DNA of 52,035 nt, taken from IMG/VR virus record IMGVR_UViG_3300037297_000161, positions 1 through 52,035 of that record. One strand, 5' to 3'. Under the pieces are notes generated by a model. That model ran no database searches and had not been told where the DNA came from. It saw only the letters and a program-made list of their open reading frames with translations. Positions 27,235 to 34,031 of the stretch are shown piece after piece (the stretch's first letter is position 1; every line of letters starts with the position of its first letter). The position numbers and the translations under genes were made by a program. Source of the DNA: a virus.

Positions 27235-29289
27235 ATGCGTTATCTTGTCTTTGTTCTTGCCTGCTTGCTGACTTCTACGGCCCTTGCCGAGACCCAAACC
27301 GTCAAACAGGCCCGGCTGCGTAATGCGCTGCGGGCGACCGGGATGGCCGGCACATACGCGAATCAGTGCCTGGCCGGATTCGCGAATGTTTACTACTACG
27401 ACACCTATGTCGAGCTCGCGGCCGCGACCCCGACCGAGGGGGTGTTCGGGTGGGCCATCGACACCGATGCCATGTATTACTACACCGGCTCAGCCTGGAC
27501 GGCGCTGCTCAGTGCCTCGAGCGCGGGGCTGCTGGGCACCAACGGGGGCACCATTGGCAATGAAACCAACAACGTATGGACCGTAGCTGAGAACGGCGAA
27601 GATTTCACTGTCACCTTCGCGGCCAATTCTGCCACGTTCGCGAGCGGAACCGGCTCCTTGTTCACATTCACGCCAGCAACCACATTCTCTGGAGACGTGA
27701 GCTTCGGCGGAGGCGCAGGGGCTTTGAATCTGTCAGGATCCGGGGACTCAACGATGCTCGTCGCCGACGCGGACGCGACCGCTTGGTGTGCCGGCGCCAC
27801 CGGAGCCCTGGATCTGGTTTGCTTGGATACGACCGACGCAAGTCCGGCACTCGATATCAAAGGAGTGACAACTCAGGTCGCCTTGCATGTGGATGTTGGG
27901 ACAGCGCAATTTGACGAAGGCTTCACCAGCACCGGGGATATCGTTCTCAATGGCGGGGCGGGCGGACTCAACATGTCGGGATCCGGTGACTCGACGATGC
28001 TCGTGGCCGATGCGGACGCAACTGCCTGGTGTGCGGGTGCAACCGGTGCACTGGATCTGATCTGCTTGGATACGACCGACGCAAGTCCGGCGCTGGACAT
28101 CAAAGGCGTAACGACTCAAGTCGCCTTGCACGTGGATGTTGGCACCGTGCTGATTGATGAAGATCTCGCCGTGGGCGGCGGGGCCGGGGCTCTCAATGTA
28201 AGCTCAAGTGGAGATGCGTCCATGCTTGTAGCCGATGCGGACTCGACCGCGTTCTGTACAGGCGCCACCGGAGCCCTGGATATCTTATGCATCGACAGCA
28301 CAGATGCCAGCCCGGGGGTGGTTGTCAAAGGGCTCGCCAATCAGACATCGTTTGCTGTCTCGGCAGGAGACGCCACGTTCGCCGAGGATGTGACAATCGG
28401 CGACGGCACGGCGGCTACTGATTTCAGTCTGACTTTCAACGGCGAGGACAGTGATGGCGTTTGCACGTGGATGGAGGACGAAGCTCTGTTCGACTTCGAC
28501 CACGGCCTGCAAATCGACGGCTCAAGCACGATCGGTGATGGCACCGCGGCCACTGACTTCAGTCTGACTTTCAACGGCGAGGACAGTGATGGCGTTTGTA
28601 CGTGGATGGAGGACGAAGCTCTGTTCGACTTCGACCACGGCCTGCAAGTCGATGGCTCAAGCACAATCGGTGATGGCACCGCGGCCGCTGACTACACTCT
28701 GACTTTCAATGGAGAGGACAACGACGGTACGATTACGTACATGGAGGATGAGGACCGCTTCGACTTTGACAACGATGTCGTGGTGGGCAATGATCTGACC
28801 GTCACGGCAGATGTCACGGTCGCGACCTTGGATGCCGCGGTCCCTGCTATAGCGCTGCACGAGATTCGGTTCTGCGGCAATGGGCCAAACGGTAACACGA
28901 CTGTCTACAATGGTCCCATCCTCGAGACCGACATGGACACAGACATGACCTTCGGGGCGGCGGGCTGTGATGCGAACGACAGCACGACAGAAACAAATGT
29001 CGACGATGCGCCGATCCCATTCGCGTACAAGCCAGTGGCAATGGCGTGTCTTCTCGCCGCCGGGGGAACGGACGATACAGTGACGTTCCAGTTGCGCGAG
29101 GACCAATCGGACGTGACGGGCCTCACGTGCAACGTGGTCATGGACGGGGCGAATGCACAGCAGTGCGTCGTGAGGCTAGCGGCCCCCGAAACGGTGGCCG
29201 CCGGAAGTCTGATTGACGTGTCAATGGTCGCTACCGACGACAACCTCAGCGCCATTGATGCCGAGTGCCGGGTCTTCGTGACGTTCTGA
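27235..29289 (+). CDS. exported fibre/adhesin-like repeat protein
   Basis: 684 aa; textbook signal peptide MRYLVFVLACLLTSTALA|E; three ~80-aa repeats followed by three 45-aa repeats; last gene of the + strand arm. Confidence 0.7.
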   Translation: MRYLVFVLACLLTSTALAETQTVKQARLRNALRATGMAGTYANQCLAGFANVYYYDTYVELAAATPTEGVFGWAIDTDAMYYYTGSAWTALLSASSAGLLGTNGGTIGNETNNVWTVAENGEDFTVTFAANSATFASGTGSLFTFTPATTFSGDVSFGGGAGALNLSGSGDSTMLVADADATAWCAGATGALDLVCLDTTDASPALDIKGVTTQVALHVDVGTAQFDEGFTSTGDIVLNGGAGGLNMSGSGDSTMLVADADATAWCAGATGALDLICLDTTDASPALDIKGVTTQVALHVDVGTVLIDEDLAVGGGAGALNVSSSGDASMLVADADSTAFCTGATGALDILCIDSTDASPGVVVKGLANQTSFAVSAGDATFAEDVTIGDGTAATDFSLTFNGEDSDGVCTWMEDEALFDFDHGLQIDGSSTIGDGTAATDFSLTFNGEDSDGVCTWMEDEALFDFDHGLQVDGSSTIGDGTAAADYTLTFNGEDNDGTITYMEDEDRFDFDNDVVVGNDLTVTADVTVATLDAAVPAIALHEIRFCGNGPNGNTTVYNGPILETDMDTDMTFGAAGCDANDSTTETNVDDAPIPFAYKPVAMACLLAAGGTDDTVTFQLREDQSDVTGLTCNVVMDGANAQQCVVRLAAPETVAAGSLIDVSMVATDDNLSAIDAECRVFVTF
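27706..28398 (+). repeat. Three in-frame ~240-bp coding repeats (GGGAGALNLSGSGDSTMLVADADATAWCAGATGALDL..)
   Basis: Copies 1 and 2 are almost identical at the protein level but differ at many synonymous third positions; copy 3 is more diverged. Confidence 0.9.
28393..28797 (+). repeat. Three in-frame 135-bp coding repeats (TIGDGTAATDFSLTFNGEDSDGVCTWMEDEALFDFDHGLQ.DGSS)
   Basis: Copies 1 and 2 are nearly identical at the DNA level; copy 3 is diverged. Confidence 0.9.
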
Positions 29290-29433
29290 TCGTGCCTGTA
29301 CCCACTCCTCTTCCTCTCGATCCACGATCTCGCTGAAGTGTACATCACATAGGTCCCGGCCGCGGAACGTGACCGTAGCTAGCCGGCGGCAGCGCGGGGC
29401 CTGACAGACGCACGGTTGAGAGGGGTTCAGCAT
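29221..29433 (-). CDS. small Cys-rich (zinc-ribbon-like) protein
   Basis: 70 aa; CVCQAPRC..LCDVH; its 3' end overlaps the 3' end of the convergent 684-aa gene by 69 nt. Confidence 0.45.
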   Translation of the reverse strand: MLNPSQPCVCQAPRCRRLATVTFRGRDLCDVHFSEIVDREEEEWVQARSERHEDPALGINGAEVVVGSDH

Positions 29434-29705
29434 GCCTCATCCCAGCGAATGAAGAGACCGAAGTGGCTGTCACCGTAGCTGTGCCTCGACAAGATCAGAC
29501 AATATCCGTCCCGCTCCATGGCCGCCCAGGCTTGTCTCAGTTGCGCCCCGTACCGTTCAGAATTTGGTACCACCACAGTGCAGGACATCTTGCCTTCAGC
29601 GGCTGCGCTCACGATAGCGTCCTGCCATGTGCGCCAGAACTCGTTTTCGGCTGGATCACCAGACAAGAAATCCAGTGCGGTCGCGCGTGCTTCTCTTGCG
29701 TTCAT
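29427..29705 (-). CDS. hypothetical protein, I-S/R-W family member
   Basis: 92 aa; SD GAGGTGA; C-terminus MERDGYCLILSRHSYGDSHFGLFIRWDEAC. Confidence 0.6.
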   Translation of the reverse strand: MNAREARATALDFLSGDPAENEFWRTWQDAIVSAAAEGKMSCTVVVPNSERYGAQLRQAWAAMERDGYCLILSRHSYGDSHFGLFIRWDEAC

Positions 29706-29713
29706 GATTCACC

Positions 29714-30064
29714 TCACGCCGAAAAGGCGCGGCTTCCATTACACCGGTCTCGCTTGCTGCGGGCGACTTGATTTCGCTCGCTGCGCCACTGGGAGGCCTC
29801 CTGCATGCTCGTCCAGTACTGCTGCGGGACGCGCGCCTTGCAAAAAGGTACCCACCGTCCGGCTGCATCATTCACGAGTCCAGCGCGCAGCTTGGCCGAT
29901 ACCAACTGACGCTTGCATCGACAGGAACCCTTCGGCTTGTCTGTTTTTCGTCCACCGCGAATCACTGCCATGGTGTCTCCGTGGGCAAGCTCGTCAGGCG
30001 CGGCATGCCCAGGCCGCACGACCGGGCGGACCCGGTTTCGCTTCAGTCGGTCACCGAGCGCCAA
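29714..30064 (-). CDS. hypothetical basic protein
   Basis: 116 aa ORF on the operon strand; start uncertain (internal ATG gives MAVIRGG..); Arg/Lys-rich composition, so weak. Confidence 0.35.
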   Translation of the reverse strand: MALGDRLKRNRVRPVVRPGHAAPDELAHGDTMAVIRGGRKTDKPKGSCRCKRQLVSAKLRAGLVNDAAGRWVPFCKARVPQQYWTSMQEASQWRSERNQVARSKRDRCNGSRAFSA

Positions 30065-30255
30065 ACCACTCGATAGCGGACAACGACAGTGCCCAGATAC
30101 GAGCAGCAGTCACAGACGCCGCCGAGCTCATTGATGTGCCCGATCAGCTCCTGGCAGCCGTGGTCGTCTTCAATCAAGACACCGGCCGCAGCTAGGTCGG
30201 CTTTCTCAAAATCTTCGAAGGTGCCTTCGAAGGGGATCCATTCCGTTTGGTTCAT
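30043..30255 (-). CDS. hypothetical protein
   Basis: 70 aa; SD AGGAGAG inside a 24-nt element repeated before the next gene upstream. Confidence 0.55.
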   Translation of the reverse strand: MNQTEWIPFEGTFEDFEKADLAAAGVLIEDDHGCQELIGHINELGGVCDCCSYLGTVVVRYRVVWRSVTD

Positions 30256-30644
30256 TTGATCTCTCCTGTTGATGGTAGTGCCGAGACAGCGCCAGACAGG
30301 CTAGGACCGGCCGCGCTCTCTCGAGGCTGCCGCTCATCGCTCCCGGCGAGTGCTGCCAGAGCCTCACGCAATTGGTCCTCGTATGCCGCGAGAGCCTCGA
30401 TGTCGTCGGATGCCCATGCGGCTGGGTCGTCGCCGACCAGGCAGGCGTCGCAGTTGCACGGGATGGATCCGGCGCCCACGCTCAGTAGACGGCGGTTGCC
30501 GAGACGACGATCATTGACGTCGACGTCGTGGTAGGTCTCGATCTGGCCATCACTGTTGAGCTCAACTCGGTAATACCCGGGCTGGTGGCTCATGACCGAG
30601 ATCTCGCCGATGAGTGCGTAGATGATGAGTGGGTCGATGTCCAC
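30252..30644 (-). CDS. hypothetical protein
   Basis: Track ORF 30252..30842 trimmed to GTG 30644, 6 nt after AGGAG; the discarded N-terminal extension is Arg/Gly-rich junk-like sequence. Confidence 0.5.
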   Translation of the reverse strand: MDIDPLIIYALIGEISVMSHQPGYYRVELNSDGQIETYHDVDVNDRRLGNRRLLSVGAGSIPCNCDACLVGDDPAAWASDDIEALAAYEDQLREALAALAGSDERQPRESAAGPSLSGAVSALPSTGEIK

Positions 30645-30679
30645 GGTGATCTCCTGTTGATGGCAGTGCTGGCTCGGGA

Positions 30680-31201
30680 CTACTGCTCCGCGGCCCAGGC
30701 GTCGCGATACATGCGGGCAACCTCGGCCCGGGCGCTCTCCTGGTCGTGCTCGCAGATGGCATCCTCGATCGCCTGCGTTAATGCGTCGTCGTCGTTTTGA
30801 TCCGCCGGATCCGAGATGATGGCGTCGAGCGCCACCTCGCACACCGCGACCGCCCCAAGGTCTCCAGCCCTGAAGGCTTCCTTGGCGAATTGGCAGATCT
30901 GCTCGTCGGTGATGGTCTCTCCGGTCAAGGTCTCGCGCCAGTCAGATGCCTGCTCCATGCGCTGGGAGTCGAAATCCGCATTGGCATCCACGCGCAGCTG
31001 CTCGTAGCGAGCTGCCTCCGCCTCGCTGATGACTCGGGCACACTCGGCGCGGGCCTCAGTGACTGTGCTTCTATCTGGCAGACAGCTATTGATTCCGAGG
31101 GCCCGGAGGCAGAGGGCTACCTGCTCGAAATCTCCCCTTTCGGCTGCCGCCCGCTTGAGCTGCTCGATCTGGGTGTCAGTGATGTTGACGATTGTGGTCA
31201 T
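30680..31201 (-). CDS. hypothetical protein with internal duplication (ITD.QI..(8-9)..GD...VA.C..AL twice)
   Basis: Track ORF trimmed to ATG 31201 (ATGA overlap); 173 aa; acidic. Confidence 0.55.
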   Translation of the reverse strand: MTTIVNITDTQIEQLKRAAAERGDFEQVALCLRALGINSCLPDRSTVTEARAECARVISEAEAARYEQLRVDANADFDSQRMEQASDWRETLTGETITDEQICQFAKEAFRAGDLGAVAVCEVALDAIISDPADQNDDDALTQAIEDAICEHDQESARAEVARMYRDAWAAEQ

Positions 31202-31344
31202 CTTGGTCTCTTGTTGGTCTTGATGGGTGCGATCTTGCCGGTCTCCAGGGCCACCGCGTAGTCGAGCAGCGCGATCCGCTCCTCGAGCGTGGCGGCCGTG
31301 CGGGCGGCGCGGCGGGCCTGCTTGGCTTGCTGTGTGGTTGTCAT
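31198..31344 (-). CDS. small basic protein (48 aa), not in the ORF track
   Basis: MTTTQQAKQARRAARTAATLEERIALLDYAVALETGKIAPIKTNKRPR; ATGA overlaps at both ends fill the gap between the flanking genes exactly. Confidence 0.5.
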   Translation of the reverse strand: MTTTQQAKQARRAARTAATLEERIALLDYAVALETGKIAPIKTNKRPR

Positions 31345-31724
31345 GAGATCTTGCTCGCGACCATCGGGTCAAGAGGATGACCGTACACATCGTAGGACCG
31401 GCTGTAGTCGCCCAGATCTTCCAGCTCGGCGACCTTCTCATCGCGCGTCATCTCGCGAGCGGCGGCTTGCTCGCGCTCGTGATGCGTGGCCATGTCCTGC
31501 ACGCGGGCATCCAGGAGCTTCGCTTTCTGGGCCTCGGTCAGCTGCTTGCCCTTCGGCTTCCGGACCAAGCGCTTACCCTTCGCCGCCATCTCGTGTCCGG
31601 ACTCGTCTGTCACGACGCCATCCCAGATGCGCTTGCGGGCCGACGCCACATTCAGCCCCTCTATCCGCGTCCCATCAGCCAGTGTCAGCGTGTAGGTCAT
31701 CGTCTTCCCTTTGTTTGCGTTCAT
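31341..31724 (-). CDS. hypothetical protein, first gene behind regulatory cassette A
   Basis: 127 aa from ATG 31724 (same ATGAAC start as the gene behind cassette B); alternative ATG 31700 behind AAGGGAAG. Confidence 0.55.
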   Translation of the reverse strand: MNANKGKTMTYTLTLADGTRIEGLNVASARKRIWDGVVTDESGHEMAAKGKRLVRKPKGKQLTEAQKAKLLDARVQDMATHHEREQAAAREMTRDEKVAELEDLGDYSRSYDVYGHPLDPMVASKIS

Positions 31725-31914
31725 GACCTCTTACCATAGCACCAGCCGTGCCAATTCTGTCCGTAGCGATTACAGCCACATAGGACGATCACCTCGCAAA
31801 TCTTGCATGCCGCTTGAGCCCAGACCGCGCAAAGTTTGCATACCGGTAATAAAATCAACAGGTTCGCACCGCGTCAATGCAAATATTGCGGACTTTGCCC
31901 GATCTACCTGAAAT
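31722..31914 (-). promoter_or_regulatory. Regulatory cassette A: three TGCAA-N3-TTGC dyads plus TTGGCACGGCTGGTGCT (-24/-12-like, 31753-31738)
   Basis: Its reverse complement aligns over its whole length with 50274-50455 (roughly 80-85 percent by hand alignment, with one 10-nt and one 1-nt indel). Confidence 0.6.
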
Positions 31915-31926
31915 TACTCAGGAATA

Positions 31927-32175
31927 TCAAAGGCCCTGGCGCGCCCTGAGCGCCTCCATGACATGCGAGATGGCTCGAGATAGCTGGAGATGCGAGCTGG
32001 CCGCTGAGCTCCGCACCAGAGCCTCTGGTGCAGTCTCATAGGCTATCTCTAGCTCGCGGCGCGCGTGGTACAGCAACGCCAACGCGCGTTGTAGGTCGGC
32101 GACCGATAGCGCCTCAGTGTCTCCCTCAAGGATTTGTAGCGCCGCAGCGAGATCGTCAGATAGGGTGTCCGTCAT
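31927..32175 (-). CDS. hypothetical protein
   Basis: Track ORF trimmed to ATG 32175 (ATGA overlap, GGAG 7 nt upstream); 82 aa; last gene of the long - strand arm. Confidence 0.5.
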   Translation of the reverse strand: MTDTLSDDLAAALQILEGDTEALSVADLQRALALLYHARRELEIAYETAPEALVRSSAASSHLQLSRAISHVMEALRARQGL

Positions 32176-33065
32176 CGTCGACTCCGCGCGATCGGGCGAT
32201 TGTACACGCGCACGCCCGGGATCTCGCACAATCCTTTCAGGGTCTGGACGACCTTGCCGATCTTGGTCATGTCCGGAGACAGGTACTCGCGCGGGATCAC
32301 CGTCGCATCGAGGATCTCGAAGACCCAGTGATCAATGTACGTATCCTGGGTGCCCGGATCTACCGCAGCGGCCTGCAGAACCGTGTCCCGGATGGCGGTG
32401 GCACCCTGCTCAGCTGCGACCAGTGCTTGCTCCGCGGCGTGCACATCACCGGCCTGTTCGGCATGTGCCGCCTCTTGAACCAGGCGCTGCTGCCCCTCGG
32501 CTGCGAGTTGCGCCTCTTGCAGCAGACGTTGTTGCTCCTCGGCCACGCGCTGCCGATAGATATTCAAGGCGGCCGACCATTCGGCGTCAAGCTCCTTGAG
32601 AGGAGTGATTGTCGAGCGGAACCACCCGTTGACTGCCTTCAGGGCCTGGTTCAACGGACCAGTAGCCTCCTTCCGCTTGGCGTCCCAGGCTTTCGCCGCT
32701 TCTCTAGCCCGGCGCCGTTCATCTTCGGCAAACCGCGCTTCCTCAGGTGTCGTCAGCTCCAGAGTCTTGACCTCGGCGAGCTCGGAGACCGTGCGTTCGC
32801 GCACGATCTCGAGCTCGGCCATCTGTGCTGCCGAAATCATTTCTCCGGCGCCGAGCGTGACCGCGGGCGGTGTCTTGGCAGGGGAGTCGTACGACGACGT
32901 CTCCAGCACGACCCCACAGGCCTCGGCGCCTCGCGTAACCTCGGCGCTGTGCTTCGCACACCACCACAGGACATTGCCATCCGGCTGCGTGTGCAGACTG
33001 GTTGGGGATTGCGTGCAGCGAGTGGCGCAGCATTTTCCAGGGTCCAGGTTCTTGCGCAGTTTCAT
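32172..33065 (-). CDS. coiled-coil protein with N-terminal zinc-ribbon-like segment (Gp157-like C-terminus?)
   Basis: 297 aa; SD AGAGGTGA; long Glu/Ala/Gln helix; C-terminal WVFEILDATVIPREYLSPD..IPGVRVY resembles Sipho_Gp157-type proteins (from memory). Confidence 0.35.
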   Translation of the reverse strand: MKLRKNLDPGKCCATRCTQSPTSLHTQPDGNVLWWCAKHSAEVTRGAEACGVVLETSSYDSPAKTPPAVTLGAGEMISAAQMAELEIVRERTVSELAEVKTLELTTPEEARFAEDERRRAREAAKAWDAKRKEATGPLNQALKAVNGWFRSTITPLKELDAEWSAALNIYRQRVAEEQQRLLQEAQLAAEGQQRLVQEAAHAEQAGDVHAAEQALVAAEQGATAIRDTVLQAAAVDPGTQDTYIDHWVFEILDATVIPREYLSPDMTKIGKVVQTLKGLCEIPGVRVYNRPIARSRR

Positions 33066-33068
33066 GGT

Positions 33069-33548
33069 TCACCTCTTCGAGTTACGCCGCGCCAGTAATT
33101 GCGCGGCCAGGACATCCTCACCGTAGAGCAACAGCCCGAGTGCATCCATCGCGTCGTGCGGTACTTGCGCGACAAAGCCTGTCCGTTGCCTGAGACGAGT
33201 ATGATGGAGCGGCTTTGGTACTTGACCTTTCCAGGTGCTCGGGAGCACCTCCATAACATTGTACGTTGAGACAAGGGCTTCGAGGTTGCCAGCCAGGAGC
33301 GCGAGACGGACCAGATCGTTCGGATCGCCTTTTTGCCGTCGACCTTGGTAGACCTGCGGGACTTCAATCACCAAGAGATCGAAGCACAGGTCCGGGATCT
33401 CGCGCATGACCTCGCGCGCCTTGTCTCGGATGCCGCGCTGCAACGGGCGCACGAATGTTACTACTGGATCGCCTTCAGGGTTGTTCCAAGCGAGGCCGGT
33501 GCAGTTCAGCCCTGGATCAATACCGATGATATGCACGTCAGTCACCAC
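33069..33548 (-). CDS. RuvC-like Holliday junction resolvase
   Basis: 159 aa; IIGIDPGLNCTGLAW, VIEVPQVY, DPNDLVRLALLAG catalytic-acid motifs. Confidence 0.8.
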   Translation of the reverse strand: MVTDVHIIGIDPGLNCTGLAWNNPEGDPVVTFVRPLQRGIRDKAREVMREIPDLCFDLLVIEVPQVYQGRRQKGDPNDLVRLALLAGNLEALVSTYNVMEVLPSTWKGQVPKPLHHTRLRQRTGFVAQVPHDAMDALGLLLYGEDVLAAQLLARRNSKR

Positions 33549-33796
33549 GAGATCAGCATCGGAATTGAGGCGCCACGATCGGAAACTGCTTGCAAAGGTC
33601 TCACTTTGTAGCCTGCCATCGCTAGTTGATCGACAAGCATATGGTCTTGCGACATAGAGGCAACCACCGAAAATTTCCCGTCGAGTGCAGAACGGACTAG
33701 CGCCTGGTAAACCAGAGCACGCATAGCCGAATCAGCGCGCTCTCTTAGTTCAGATGCTGAATGCAATTGTTTTTCATCGAGACAGGTTGCGGCCAT
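33542..33796 (-). CDS. hypothetical protein, I-S/R-W family member
   Basis: 84 aa; SD AGGAGGG; C-terminus AMAGYKVRPLQAVSDRGASIPMLISW. Confidence 0.6.
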   Translation of the reverse strand: MAATCLDEKQLHSASELRERADSAMRALVYQALVRSALDGKFSVVASMSQDHMLVDQLAMAGYKVRPLQAVSDRGASIPMLISW

Positions 33797-33824
33797 GTTA
33801 CCCTCCTGCAGCCGGAAAAATCGG

Positions 33825-34031
33825 TCACCACGAGATCCGGATACGTGTCAGCCCTAGGGGCTGCACGTCATAGCCGGCAGTTAGGAGTTCTTTGATCACT
33901 GGATGCCCATCCGCTATCTCGACGACGACATAGCCTTGTGCCTTATGCTCATCGATAGCCACAAGAGCAACTTCTCTCTGCACCTGTTCCGTGCGGGCAC
34001 GCATCTCTTCTACAGGAATAATTTCTCGCAT
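33825..34031 (-). CDS. hypothetical protein, I-S/R-W family member
   Basis: Track ORF trimmed to ATG 34031; 68 aa; C-terminus LTAGYDVQPLGLTRIRISW. Confidence 0.6.
   Translation of the reverse strand: MREIIPVEEMRARTEQVQREVALVAIDEHKAQGYVVVEIADGHPVIKELLTAGYDVQPLGLTRIRISW

Noticed and set aside
27706-28797. Diversity-generating retroelement (template/variable repeat pair) in the repeat protein
   Set aside because: There is no reverse transcriptase anywhere in the window. Differences between copies are mostly synonymous third-position changes of all kinds, not adenine-specific.
30645-31441. Long N-terminal extensions of track ORFs 30252..30842 and 30680..31441
   Set aside because: The extensions are Arg/Gly/His-rich and overlap neighbouring genes. 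Internal starts with SDs or ATGA coupling give a compact, non-overlapping gene chain.
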